Assembly (NCBI GenBank): GCA_965178125.1
Contig: OZ237756.1
Location: 868,001 to 932,000 of the forward strand
Source of the DNA: Bilabrum cf. latius
Taxonomy: Eukaryota
Length of the DNA: 64,000 nucleotides
Reading direction: 5' to 3'
Under the pieces are notes generated by a model. It was not told the DNA's origin. It worked only from the letters and a program-made list of their open reading frames with translations, and searched no databases. A program made the translations under genes and the position numbers. The first letter of the stretch is position 1. Each line of letters starts with the position of its first letter. Positions 1 through 13,014 of the stretch are shown here, in pieces.

Positions 1-1845
1 GCTGCAGCTGTGGTCGGATCCGTGCCACTAGCACCGGCTGCTCCTGCTGCAGCTGTGGTCGGATCCGTGCCGCTAGCACCGGCTGCTCCTGCTGCAGCTG
101 TGGTCGGATCCGTGCCGCTAGCACCGGCTGCTCCTGCTGCGGCTGCTGCCGGATCCGTGCCGCTAGCACCGGCTGCTACTGCTGCGGCTGCGGCCGGATC
201 AGTATCGATAGCCCCGGCTGCTACTGCTGCAGCTGCGGCCGGATCCGTGCCGCTAGCACCTGCTGCTCCTGCTGCAGCTGTGGTCGGATCCGTGCCACTA
301 GCACCGGCTGCTCCTGCTGCAGCTGTGGTCGAATTCGTATCGATAGCCCCGGCTGCTCCTGCTGCGGCTGCGGCCGGATCCGTGCCGCTAGCACCAGCTG
401 CTCCTGCTGCAGCTGTGGTCGAATCCGTGCCGCTAGCACCGGCTGCCCCTGCTGCGGCTGCGGCCGGATCAGTATCGATAGCCCCGGCTGCTACTGCTGC
501 GGCTGCGGCCGGATCAGTATCGATAGCCCCGGCTGCTCCTGCTGCGGCTGCGGCCGGATCCGTGCCGCTAGCACCGGCTGCTCCTGCTGCAGCTGTGGTC
601 GAATCCGTGCCGCTAGCACCAGCTGCTACTGCTGCAGCTGTGGTCGGATCCGTATCGATAGCCCCGGCTGCTCCTACTGCAGCTGTGGTCGAATCCGTGC
701 CGCTAGCACCGGCTGCTCCTGCTGCAGCTGTGGTCGAATTCGTATCGATAGCACCGGCTGCTCCTGCTGCAGCTGTGGTCGGATCCGTGCCGCTAGCACC
801 GGCTGCTCCTGCTGCGGCTGCTGCCGGATCCGTGCCGCTAGCACCGGCTGCTACTGCTGCGGCTGCGGCCGGATCAGTATCGATAGCCCCGGCTGCTTCT
901 GCTGCAGCTGCGGTCGGATCCGTGCCGCTAGCACCAGCTGCTCCTGCTGCAGCTGGGGCCGGATCTGTGCCGCTAGCCCCGGCTGCTCCTGCTGCGGCTG
1001 CTGCCGGATCCGTGCCGCTAGCACCGGCTGCTACTGCTGCGGCTGCGGCCGGATCAGTATCGATAGCCCCGGCTGCTACTGCTGCAGCTGTGGTCGGATC
1101 CGTATCGATAGCCCCGGCTGCTCCTGCTGCAGCTGTGGTCGGATCCGTGCCGCTAGCACCAGCTGCTCCTGCTGCGGCTGGGGCCGGATCAGTATCGATA
1201 GCCCCGGCTGCTACTGCTGCGGCTGCGGCCGGATCCGTGCCGCTAGCACCGGCTGCTCCTGCTGCAGCTGTGGTCGAATCCGTGCCGCTAGCACCGGCTG
1301 CTCCTGCTGCGGCTGCGGCCGGATCAGTATCGATAGCCCCGGCTGCTACTGCTGCGGCTGCGGCCGGATCCGTGCCACTAGCCCCGGCTGCTCTTTCGGC
1401 AGCTGTGGTCGAATCCGTATCGATAGCACCGGCTGCTACTGCTGCAGCTGTGGTCGGATCTGTGCCGCTAGCCCCGGCTGCTCCTGCTGCGCCTGCGGCC
1501 GGATCCGTGCCGCTAGCACCAGCTGCTCCTGCTGCAGCTGTGGTCGGATCCGTGCCGCTAGCACCAGCTGCTCCTGCTGCGGCTGCGGCCGGATCCGTGC
1601 CGCTAGCACCGGCTGCTACTGCTGCGCCTGCGGCCGGATCAGTATCGATAGCCCCGGCTGCTCCTGCTGCGGCTGCGGCCGGATCCGTGCCGCAAGCACC
1701 AGCTGCTCCTGCTGCGCCTACGGCCGGATCCGTGCCGATAGCCCCGGCTGCTCCTGCTGCGGCTGCGGCCGGATCCGTGCCGCTAGCACCGGCTGCTCCT
1801 GCTGCAGCTTTGGTCGGATCGGTGCCGCTGGCCCCAAGTGCGCCT
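1..1845. repeat. 45-bp coding minisatellite, about 41 copies visible, continuing beyond the window
   Basis: Unit gctgcagctgtggtcggatccgtgccgctagcaccggctgctcct with a few alternating sub-variants. In the cullin frame it encodes AGAAGA[SG/ID]TD[P/S][TT/AA]AA. Confidence 0.97.
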
Positions 1846-3422
1846 GCAGCGTTACTATCATAATAGTTCTGTTGATGCTGTTGCACGGCTCGCAGCATAG
1901 AAGCAGGCAGGGGCACGTCCTGCACGGGTGATTTCGTCAGAGGCCACCGAGCATTGCACAACACTCGGCAGCTGAACTCAATGCCGCCATAAGGTCCAGC
2001 GCCATAAGGTCCAGCCACATCTCTAGCACCCACCGAAGATTCACCTGCACCGGCGGAATCCGGTGCGTAGAAGTCGTTGAAAGTGCTCTCGAGCCGCATA
2101 GTGAACGCCACACCGTGGGCTTCCTTCATGGATGCAAGGACGAACCGTTCTGCGTCCTTTGACACGCTCTTACCCTAGAGCAGCCGTGTGGCTAGTTTTT
2201 GATGGTACCGGTCCCTCAAGAGGTCCTTGTCTGCGATGAGCTCAAACAGGGTCAAAAACTACCGAAGCAGCTCCAACACCTCGTCATCGGATCTCCTGAG
2301 ACCATATAATGTCCCTGTGAGCAAAGCATCGACCGCATCTACCAGCAGCATCCACATGGAAGACTGGCCTTTGGGAGGGGTTGCGTTTACAAAGCACTTG
2401 AAGGCCTCATTGACGCATCGTGTCAGCACACCGTCAGAATCAAAGCAGCGATCCACGAAGTGTAATTGTCTTGCGTAGGCTTCCACCGCGGCTAAGCACA
2501 GTGCCTGGTCCCGCACTGTTTGAGCGCGGCCATGAGAGCGTCGCAGGGCTTTTCCTGCCGCTTGGGATGCTCCGGAAGCGGGTGCTTCCTCTGGTGAGGC
2601 GTAAGGTGATCCACCATCTTGTTCGATGGCTTCCAGCTGCTCAGTGGAGTTGTCCGCAAGGTGGTGGCCAATTGCCTTGATGCCTGCCTGCGACTTAATG
2701 GCTTTGAGCTGGTTGTACAATCTGGCCAAGCCAGCCTCATCCTTGGATTGCAGCATGCGAGGCACGTTCCAACCTTCCATCACCCAGTCCAGGTGTGGCT
2801 CGATGAATGCCTCTGGGACTGTCGCCTCAAGTCTTATCCGGGTCATGGGTAGCACGCTTGCGAAAATACCCGTTTCGTACGGCTGCACTACCTCCTTGAC
2901 TCGCTCCAGGTACTCGATCGGCATGCAGGAGCGTCGCAGGCACTCTACATCTTCTTGGAACTTCGCCTTGCACCCCTCGATGCAGGGCTGCTCGACCCAG
3001 TCGTTGTACATGGGGCTGGCTGCGACGGCCTCGTCTGATTGCGTGCTTCGGATGAATTGCTTGAATGTCTTCCATTCCCCCTCCATGGACCTGGCTGCAT
3101 CTAGGGCCACTAGCATGAGGGACATGTCGCGCAGGTCATCAGTCGAGAAGGTCTGCACACCCCGTGCGATTGTCTCCTGGATCGCCTAGGCTATGCCCCG
3201 CCCAAGCCGGGATCCATGAGGATGAATGGCGATCTGCGAGGTTTCCAAAACATGCCGTAGTACAATACGCACAGTATGATGGAGATGGCGCGGTACGCGG
3301 ACCAATCCAGGAGAGGACGGCGATATCAGCTTCAGCACCGGGCCCGACTTAGAAGTCAGACGCTGGATGTACAACCTCTTTAGTCTGATACCGACCTGTG
3401 TTCCACCACCCCCTTCCCCCAT
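1..3422 (-). CDS. Divergent cullin-family protein with a large 15-aa tandem-repeat insertion; runs off the left edge, 5' exons uncertain (possibly up to ~4064)
   Basis: One frame joins ORFs 3186..3422 and 2259..3158 and continues through TAGs at 3186, 2259 and 2175. It reads LELLR*FLTLFELIADKDLLRDRYHQKLATRLL*GKSVSKDAERFVLASMKEAHGVAFTMRLESTFNDF...IEFSCRVLCNARWP...LPASM, matching the cullin homology motif (LFxYIxDKDxFxxxYxxxLAxRLLxxKSxSxDxE..KLEGMFxD; VLTxxxWP). The frame stays open into the repeat array. Confidence 0.8.
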
Positions 3423-4093
3423 CCATGCCCTGTATGCGTCTTCAGCTATTCAAAAATAGGCTACGTATCAGATCCAGATTAAACCGTAAAGGAAATAGTC
3501 CTGCCGCTGTTCCCGGGACTATCGGTCTTCACCCCAAACAACTTATTGCGCTGTGATCCTTTTGGAATAGTCTGGCTCTCACCTCATCAAACGCTCGAAT
3601 GCTGTCCAGAATTGGGCTGTGATCGTTAGGCAGTTTCCATCCTTTTGATGCGGCAAAGCTTCCGATCTTGTGCATGAATCGTAACGTCGAAAGAACGAAT
3701 AGACTATGTCGCCTGTACCTGACCAAACAAGTTCTGAACAAAAGATACGACAGCCGCAAAAAATAAAAAGATTTAATTGTGATACGAAGCATATGGAGTT
3801 GGCGCATGCTCTCACTCCTCGACGATCGTCCGCAGCTCTGCCACGATGTCTTTTCGTGCCATAGCCGGGGCCAGGGCCACATTCCCGCGATGTTTGAGTC
3901 GGGCGGTTATGGGTGGCTAAAAACTGCGGGCAGCGTTCGAACATCATGCAGAATTCACAGATTTCGCGAGACGACAGTTGCCGCGAGGCTCCCGGAGCCT
4001 CCTTAAAAACAAGATCCGATAGAAAACACAACTCTGGTTCCTGTTGAAGGATCGTATTCACCACGTGGATTCAGACCTACGACTTAAACCAAA

Positions 4094-4768
4094 TTAATGG
4101 ATACACCTTGCGTCCTTGCAAGGGTGTACAACTAACCATTTCTTGAATATAGTTGAGAACGTCTCAATCGAACCCGCCGACCTTGATTCAACAGCAACCA
4201 AGTTACGGAGAGTGCCTGTGACAGCTTTTAGCAGATCTGGTTCTTCAAGCCACTGACCCATCTGGCGGTCAATACGGTACCACGTTGGATACACTCCAAA
4301 TACTTTGCAGTACCATGTGACAAAGTCGATGGTACTAGGGGTGTACCTCTTCGATTCTTGAGCGAAAACGTGTCTTTCTGTCTCTTGTATAAATAGACGA
4401 ACATGCTCTTCGGTCGGTGGCATGTACTCCTCGAGTGCAGGACTTGATCCACGGGTCCAATCCCGACCTTCGAAAGCTTTGCAGTAATGATCTTGTCCCC
4501 AAAATCCAAGTCCAGGGTTCAAGCTCCTGTACCGTTCGCACCATGATGCACTCATTGTGCGAAACTGCAATAACCCAGCCAGTTTAAAGGGTGAATGGTT
4601 GGCAATGTCGTATCTGTTGCGTACTCCAACTTTCCCCATCTGTGGCGCCGCGCAATACAGTTCCGGAACCGGTTCGTGGTCGGTCCAAATCTGGAATGCG
4701 ACACTGATCATTATGTGATATACACTCTTGCACCCATGTACAGTCCTCCCATACTCCCAAATGTCCAA
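4094..4768 (-). CDS. Hypothetical protein (about 220 aa, start uncertain), ends in TAA
   Basis: 224 open codons in AT-richer sequence with globular-looking composition; no family recognised. Confidence 0.45.
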   Translation of the reverse strand: MDIWEYGRTVHGCKSVYHIMISVAFQIWTDHEPVPELYCAAPQMGKVGVRNRYDIANHSPFKLAGLLQFRTMSASWCERYRSLNPGLGFWGQDHYCKAFEGRDWTRGSSPALEEYMPPTEEHVRLFIQETERHVFAQESKRYTPSTIDFVTWYCKVFGVYPTWYRIDRQMGQWLEEPDLLKAVTGTLRNLVAVESRSAGSIETFSTIFKKWLVVHPCKDARCIH

Positions 4769-7700
4769 TCACTAATGTGGGACATGATGCTCACCGACCG
4801 GCCTAGGCACGACACCCCCCTCTATTGGCCAGACCGCCATCCCATCGCTAGTTGTATCACTACATACAAGATAGCGCAATCGCACGGCGCTACCAGCATC
4901 TCCTCCCACCGCACCCCCTCGAGATCCCCCACCCACCACAGCCCTCTCTACAGCCCCAGCCACCGCCCCGGGCACCTGCAGCCCAGCGAGGAACAGACCC
5001 CGGGCCTCCCCATAGGCAGAGCTCCCTGCCCACCCAGCAGCCGCATGCCCTCCGCCCCACGTAGCATCGTACGCGGCAATCTCACCCAAAAGTGCACGCT
5101 ACTTAGCAACATCCCCAGCCCGCTCCGCCGCCCACAGCTCCTCCTCCAAGGCCCCCCTGGTCCGGCCGTAGTCCACACCCAGTGCTGTTGCGGCCGCCCG
5201 GCGGGCCCGGGACACAGCCCCGAGGTACAGGCCTTGCGCACTGCACTGCAGCGCATTCAGGACAGAGGCATCACCATTGTTCCCTAAATTGTTGTTCGCG
5301 TTGCTCCACACGATGGCACCGACCCGCGGCTCCACCGCCCCCTCGTCCCCGCAGAACGTGACCTAAACTCTCCGCTGTTCCCCAGCCGCGCCACCAAGCT
5401 CCGACCCCACCCCCACCCCCACCCCCACCCCCACCGCCCTCCCGAGATCGTCCATCCGCCCAGCCACAGCGTCATCCAGCACGCCTCCACCCCTGGGCCC
5501 CAGCCCGGCCATCCGCGCCAGCCGCTGCACCCAGGGGTCCATGCCAGGGCCAGATCCAGCTTCGTTGTTCCCCGAAAACGAACCTTCGCTCGGCATGAGA
5601 AGGCTCGTCGCCTGCACAGCGTCGTCCAACACGCGCCCCGTCGCATTGCTGAGGCTAGCGGGTGTGGCCCCCTGGCACAGCGAGGCGGGGGCGGGCAGGA
5701 TCAGCTAAACGGGGCACGACATGCGCGGCGCCATCGCACGCAGTGCGGAACCACCCGGCCCGTCCAGGACGCTTTGTTGCGTGTACTGAGCCCTCAGCAT
5801 TAAATCGGACAGCTGGCCCTTCCTGTCCTCTATCCCAGAGGTGGAGGACAGCCGGTCGATTGTGGCGCTCACGTGCATCTGCCCCACCGCCCTCGCCCCC
5901 TTGTGCGCGAGACCCTGAGGATCCAGCACCGGCACTCGCTTGAGGTCCTCCAGCAGCGTCTTATAGTGGGGAAACAGACTCGCCGCCCTGGGCAGGTCGA
6001 GCCAAAGGGACTGCACAGGCAGGGGCCGGGTCCTTGGCCAGCAGAGCACGACCCCAGCGGGCCACATGCCGCTCTTGCTGCTCTTGCTGCTCTTGCCGCT
6101 CTTGATGCTCTTGCTGCTCTTGCCGCTCTTGCTGCTGTTGTTAGGTTCCCTCTTTGCGGCCCATGCCGACTCCGACTCATACTCCTGCTCCTACTGATTG
6201 CTCGGCTCCATCCTCCCCGCATCCTCCTTTGACTTGTCTTTGTGTTCCCCCAGCAGACCCGCCAGCAGCAGCGCCCCCCAGGCGTCATACCTCTCTCCCA
6301 CCACCACCACGGGCCCTCCCACCCCCAGCGCCCTGCATGCATCCAGCCCGTCCTGGGCCTTGGCGTAGAGCCCCCCCGTGCGCAGGTGGAGGGAGCGGTA
6401 GGCCGCGGACTGCCGCACCGCAGTGCGCTGCACTTCGTCGGCTTCCTCGGCTTCGGCTCCGGTGAGGAGAGCTCGCGGAACCTTCCTGGGAATATTCCGG
6501 GCAAGTTCCGCGAGTCGCACGGCAGCCTGGTACCCCTCCAGCGATGGACCCCTTAATGAGGCGGTGAATGAGGTTGAGGTACCTGCGGATGATGCCTCAT
6601 CGACCGGAGCTGCTGCGGCTGCCCTGTCGTGGTCACCCGCTGAGTCTGATTGCGCGTCGAATTGTTTCACCGGTAGATCTGGCCCACCATCTGTGCCACC
6701 CGTCAGGTCAACTATGCCAATGCTCTTCCTCCTCCTCTTCTGCCTCGTCTCTTCTGTTCGCATGGGCTGCTGTGGGGCAGGGTAGGACGGCCGAAATCCG
6801 GAATTCGAGTCCGGCTCCGAGTCCCCAGGGAGCGGAGAGGTAGCACGAGCGAATTCCGAGCGGTCCATCGGTGGATTCACGCCTGCTTTGGCCACCCCCG
6901 CACCGTCACCCCCATCACCACCACGCCCCGAGGAAGACCAGATGCCCCTACCCATGGCCCGGCTGGCCCCCGCTCTGCTCCCCCCTCTCATCTCCCTCTC
7001 TCCCTCCACCTCACCCGTTCTGTGGAGCCCTTCCGCCGATTGGCCGTGCAGTGCGATGCACCTAAAACCGCGCGCCACCAGATCCGCCTGCACCAGCCCC
7101 CACACCGCCGCCGACTCCCCATCCCCCGCCAGCAGAACCGCCGTGGCAACGGGTATCGATCCCGGGTCCGAAGCGCTACCTGGCCCGGCATCCATCGCTA
7201 CCACGTGCCGCCTGGGCCGAAGCACAGGCCTCCTGGGCCGACTCGGAGCCAGAAACAAATCGTCCAGCCCGTCCTCATTGGACGCTACAGCATCTCCCTG
7301 CTCTCCTGCATGGGCAGAAGCAGCAACGGAGCCGGTTGTTGTGCCCCATCCGAACACGCTCTATCGGACACCCGCATTGGCACCACCACCGGCATTGCAT
7401 CTCATTGAGTGCTCCCATGCCGCTCGCTTGCTGGACCCAGGCAAACCAGGGGGCACCACTGCCGCTGGCCTGCCCAGCCTGCTGCAATACTCGTCATCCT
7501 GAGCCGGCGTGCGCCACCCGGCGCCGCGCAACTTGCGGAACCTGGTGCTCTGCCGCTCCGTGTGCACCTCGATGGCCCCGTCGCTGCGGGCGAGCAGGTC
7601 GTACCTGGTTGCAACCGCTCTCTAGGCTCCCGTCGCGCGGCGCCTCAGGATTCGGAGCTGCCTGGTGGCCAGCGGAACCGCGTCTTCCTCTTCCTTGTCG

Positions 7701-7840
7701 TCCAGGAAGGCGAGGCCCAGCAAGGAGGCCAAGAGTGAAAGGCCCACTGCAGCGAGAAACAGTATGAGGTTGTAGCGCTGGCTGTCTTGCCGCTCCTGCG
7801 ATGCACAGAGTGGGAAAAGGGGTGTCAGAACAGCCTTCAT
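4769..7840 (-). CDS. Hypothetical ~1020-aa protein with an N-terminal hydrophobic anchor
   Basis: Seven ORF-track fragments share one frame, broken only by TAG (7622, 7361, 6191, 5705, 5363, 5099, 4772); the first TGA is at 4769. TM-like LILFLAAVGLSLLASLLGLAFL. The true start may be on an upstream exon. Confidence 0.65.
6069..6136. repeat. 9-bp coding tandem repeat encoding (SKS/GKS)n
   Basis: gctcttgct-type units, about 7 copies, in frame with the 4769..7840 gene. Confidence 0.8.
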
Positions 7841-8470
7841 TTCGCAAATACATACTCCATTCGGTTAAAACCATGCGCATTAACATTCGGCTAATGCTGC
7901 AAGCAGATGTAGCATCCAGTGTCTTACCCAGTCCTGCAGTGGCTTTTGCATCTCCATCTCCCGTATAGCTAGCTAACGCTCGCTTGCAGTCGTTGCTAAT
8001 ACCCCATCGGTCTACTGAGCAGATGCAAGTGTGACCTCTGTTGCGCCGGATCGATCTGCAGACTGTAGCGCGCTTGCTCCCTGCCGCTACCGTCGCGCAA
8101 TCTCAGCCCGCATAGACGCAAGTTTACGCTGGTTCTCAGTCGTTGGTACAACTTTGGTAGATGATTTGTCCAATACCTATTTATCTGATGTTGAATCGTC
8201 TCGTTTGCTGGCAAAATATCGCTTGGAGATTTGCTGTCTCCATTTCTTCCATTGGGTCAACTAGTAGCGGCAGCAAATGCGCTGTACCACATGCTTAGTG
8301 ACTGAATAAGTATTTCTCTGCATCCAACTTAGGTTCACAGCGAGTGAGTTAGCTGTTAAGCCGACAACTGTGTGTCTGGTTCCGCTGCACTCGTCACTTC
8401 AACACTTCCTGGAAATTGTCGTGACAGAATTGCAGTTTCGCCAAATGAGAGAAACTACAGATAATTTGTA

Positions 8471-11155
8471 ATGAGTGTCTTCGTATTGGCCGGACCAGCG
8501 TGTCCAGAGGACGCTGGATATTTGCACAAACTTGGGAAACAAAAGGCAAGTAATTCGCGAAATTACATAGTTGCTCATATTGCTGTTGATTCCTGGGATC
8601 CAGTCGAGTCAAAGATTGTCGGATCCAAGTCTACATTGTTTTCTAGTTTTGAAGCGTTCGACGGCAGAGCTGCCTCGGATGATGGGCAGCCGCTGGTACT
8701 TGCACTTGGCCTAGGGAGGGCATTTCCAGCGGATGCAGATCGAACGGATGCCGAACGCCGGTCCAGCACAGTTGCAATCCCAGCCATTATCGAACAAATG
8801 GTTGCAAGAACTGCCCCCGGATCCGAATCTGTGGCATGCGTCGATCCCTTGCTGAGCATGGCTCCCTCCAACTCGAAGCGAGCAGAGCAGGTGCCCGCCG
8901 CGGCCGTCATCACCGACCCCAGAGAGCGCTGGTGCATCGGTGGATTAGAGCCGTGGGAGGCACGTAATGCCCTTCGGAAAGAACGTGAGAAGTGTCGCCA
9001 GCATAACGACCAATCGGCGCTGACCGGCCCCTCCGCGGCATCGTCGTCTGCTCCGATCGGACATGGTGCCTCACTAGGGGAGGTGCGAGAGGACGAGGCC
9101 ATCGAGCTGTCTACACCACCGCACTGGGTGTACGACGTGGAAGGTGGCGGTGTGACTAGTGACGAGGCGGGGCGATTGGCAGGCCGTACCGACAGCGAGA
9201 GCGAGGACGGAGACGAAGGCGAAGTAGGCGCGGTGAAGCTCGCCATCGAAACAAGCTGCTACCCTGTCGACGCCGATTACACTCGTCACACGGGATCAGG
9301 ATCGGAGCAGCCTGCGTCGCCATCGCCGCCGCCCCCCTGCCGGTCCATGCGGCTGCCAGGCAGGATGCACGAAGACCTGCTGCTGCGGCGGTCCGGCGCC
9401 GCGCAGCGGAACCTCTTGTGGAGGGTGCGGGTGAAGGTGCTGGAGCGGAGGGGTGCAGTTCCGCTGCTGCCGCCGGTTGCAACGCCTGGTGACATCGTGA
9501 CGAGTGCAGGTGCCGCCAGGCTGGGAGGGCTGTGGAACGGGTCTGGCGAGGAGGAGAACACAACATCGCAAGCAGCCTCGATGGACGCATCGCACTGCAG
9601 CGCCGCCGACGCAGTTCCTCTGGCCATTGAAGCCAAGGACCAAGGGGATAGTCTGCTCCGATCGGATCGGATCAGTGAGGCATGGAGGGCGTACGGGAGG
9701 GCCTTGGCACGGACCCAGGTGGGGGAGCCAGACGATTCGGACGGGCACGGCGATGGTCAAGAAGGGGGGCCAGATCGCTGCAGGACCGTGAGCATGGTCT
9801 TACAATAGAGGGACAAGGATGATGCTAGAGCGGAAGGTGAAGCTGGAGCGGCCAATGACCAATCGTCACGGGGCAATCGCACGCCTCATGGGCCGTCGGA
9901 GCCGCCACGGGCTCAGGCCCACCTGGCCCTGCAGGAGATACGGCTCCGAATACTGCTGAACCGCTCCCTCGCCGGCCGGCGCGTTGCCGAAGAGGTTCCA
10001 TCGGGATCTGGTGCGGGGGATTTGCAATGGAAACGTCCCGGGAAGTTCCTGGAACAGTCCCTGCACGACGCCCAGGAGGCGGGCCGGATCGGCTTGATGC
10101 TCGTGCAGCACCACTGGCATGCACAGCGCGACGATGAAGACGATGGCGATGCAGGGGCCAGTACAACCGCCTCTGGGCCACCTGCAATCGGGACGGAAGC
10201 CTCATCCCACTCGTCACACCTGAAATCAGCGCTGGGCCTGTACCGCAAGGCCCGGCTCCGGAGGGCCCGGGCGAGGATGGCCGCGATTCGGGCGTGCCGG
10301 AAGGGGACCGCTGGTGGCGGTAGCTGCTACAGTAGCGGTACAAGAAGTGGCGGGATAGAAGGGAGGCAGGATCGGTCGGGTGCTGCCGCCGCCACCACTC
10401 GTCACACAACAGATCCCCGAGGCAGCCTCGGTCTTCCCACCGCGGAGAGCACCGGCTGCTGCCTGCTGGGAGCCCTGGCGGATCTTATCGCGGCCACGGG
10501 CGGGGGTGTGGCGAGTGACAGTGTGACGAGTGAAAGTGTGACGAGTGCTGAGGGGAACAGGGAAGACGTGTCGCTGGGACCGGGCGATAGGCTGCTTGCT
10601 GCAGGTCGCGCCGCTTGTAGGCCGGTCCAGAGCATGGCGCGCGGCGGTGTGACGAGTGAAGGGAGGGTGCGGTCGCTGGCCATGATGCAAATCCCCAGAG
10701 CGATGCCGTCGGCCGAGCCCTTCGCATGCGTAGGGGACCCGGAATCAATACCGCTCGCGGAGTTGGTCGCAGATGTGCAGGGGGCCCTCTCTGGGCCCGA
10801 TGGCCTCCGCTAGAGGTGTGATGAGCGTCCGTGGTGTGACGAGTGGGAGTCGCAGGCACGGTGGTGGCTCGAGGAGGAAGCCGGGCCGGCGGTGGCAAGC
10901 AGAAAACGAACGTTCGGTGGGATTCTCTGCAGAGAGCCGGGCAAGGAGGAGACCAAGAAGGGGGAGGTATCGGCAGGGACAAGAGCAGTAGAAGCATCTG
11001 CAGCAATAGGTGCCGGTGCAGTGGCAGACCGCGAACTGGGCGAGCATGTCGGTGGGAGCGGCAGCCACATGCGTGGGCAACATGGCGGTGACGAGAGTGA
11101 CGCCGAAGGTGAGGACGAGGACGGCCTGGGCCTGCCTCCACTCGAGTACGCATGA
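8471..11155 (+). CDS. Hypothetical ~890-aa protein
   Basis: ORFs 8471..9808, 10022..10813 and 10892..11155 are one frame joined across TAGs at 9806 and 10811, ending at TGA 11153. No family recognised. Confidence 0.65.
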
Positions 11156-11536
11156 TCGAGATTTGCATCCGGGGTCAAGGTAGCGCATGATTCGCATCCC
11201 ATCCAATACTTCATGCTAGGTTATTAATTAAATATACCAAACGTAGTCTCGCAAAGCAAGTGGCCACAAAGCAGGGAGAGATCCCCTGCCTTCAATAATC
11301 ACGCAAACATCCAATCAGCTGACGAATCTCACAATGCAGTGCACCCCACGAAAGCGCTGCAGCACTGCAAAGACCGTCAAATGTTGCGGAAACAGCTAGA
11401 CACATGCGGACGCCCAATGTAACTACGCACAGCCGAAGCCGCCATACCCGTCGGAACGCCCACACCACCGGACGAGAGCGTGTATGACGAAGTGGTCGCA
11501 AACACAGTCGTCACACTTGTCTCCCTCAAGTCCTCA

Positions 11537-12702
11537 TCACACCCGCCGCGCCGCCATCACGAGCGCAGCACCCCCAAGCCCAAGGCCGAGAGCAGCGGCA
11601 GCAGCAGCGGCGGAGGCCCCGTGAGCAGCCCCCGAGGAGCAGACCATGGGATCGTACTCGTCATCATGGTCATGGTCATGCTCACCATCATCGTGGTCAT
11701 GCTCATGCTCATGGTCGTCGTGCTCGTGCTCCGACTCGGCGTTGCACTCGGCCGCCTCGCAGGCGTCCTCGAACTCGTGGAGGGCCTCTTCCACCGCCTC
11801 CGTAGGACCCACCTCAGGGCACAGGTCGTGCCAGGCGCGGAGCTTGCGGTAGGACGCGGTGCACTCGTCACTCCCGCAGGCGGTGCTGCAGGAGGACTGC
11901 TCCATCATCGTGATGGTGGATTCCACGCCGGCTTGGTCCGAGCACGACACCTCTGGGCAGGTGGGCAGGCTCTCGTTCCGGGCGCGGCGGACGAAGCACT
12001 CGTCACACGACTCTTCGAACGCGTGCACTCCGTTGGCCACGTCGGTTGGGATGGTGCTGGGCAGGCAGTAGTCGTGGTGCGCCTGCACGTAGTGGTAGGC
12101 GGCGCGGCATCCGGTGACACCGGCACAGGAAGTGGAGCAGCGGCGTTCGGGATCCGCAAGCACGGTGAATTCGTGGCGAAGACGTGCGGTGTCGGAGCAG
12201 TTGAAGACCCATCCCTCCTGCTGCGCCTCGCAGCCGCAGTCGCGCAGATGGTCGTTGTCCTCGTGCCCGTGGCCATGATCGTGCTCCTCGTCGTCGTCAT
12301 GATCGTGCTCGTCGCCTTCATGGTCGTGAAGGAAGCGTTGCATGAAAGAAAGAACTCCGTACTGTTCCATCGGGGGCTCGGCGCCCGCGGATTGGGCGGC
12401 CGCTCCCGAGATGGCCTAGTGGCAAGACGCATCTTCGAGGTGGTCCCCGTGGCATTGCGCGTGATTGTGAGTATCGATCTGCTCCGATACGCACATTCCT
12501 GGCACAGCAATCAAGCACACCTGCAAAGATGTAGTGTTGGGCACAAAATACGTGTTCGCAAATCGGTATCAGAGCAAAATCATTCGCAGCTGACACAATG
12601 GAAAGCAGACCACGATCGCAAGATTCAGCACCGTCTCACCCCGCAAACGGCAGCCGATGCGACCAGACGGCTGGCACAGTAATTGCATTGCTAATTCTTC
12701 AT
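11537..12702 (-). CDS. Secreted or surface-anchored His/Cys-rich putative metal-binding protein (predicted intron 12521..12639)
   Basis: Reads MKN*QCNYCASRLVASAAVCG|VCLIAVPGMC (signal-like), then two His/Asp/Glu tracts flanking two Cys-rich repeats (QAHHDYC..HAFEESC and RAWHDLC..HEFEDAC), then a hydrophobic C-terminal tail. TAGs at 12691 and 12416; ends TGA TGA. Phase-0 GTGAGA..TTGCAG intron. Confidence 0.75.
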
Positions 12703-13014
12703 GGCGATCTGGCTATTTTCCTTTGGATCCAGGCGAAAAATCGGTAGTTGCAGCTAGAGAAATGATCGTGCGGCTCCGCGCAGGAGGCACGTGGCCGATG
12801 CTGGCGAGGTTCCGCAAATTATGTTGGTTGCAACCGCTCGCAAGGTCGAAAGATCAAACAGACGATAGAAAAACAATCTCGACATAATTGGTCATTATAA
12901 TTGCATCATCCGTAGTGCTATCCAATGTTAGGGGCATGCATGCGAGGGAGGCTCTAATTTTGTGTGTCGTTCGATTCAAATCAGTAGTACTGATTCAGTA
13001 CAGCAGGAGTTCGG

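Noticed and set aside
10-1863. 617-aa Ala/Pro-rich ORF on the + strand
   Set aside because: Antisense shadow of the repeat array. It shares third positions with the - strand frame, which is continuous with the cullin domain, and it has no ATG start in the window.
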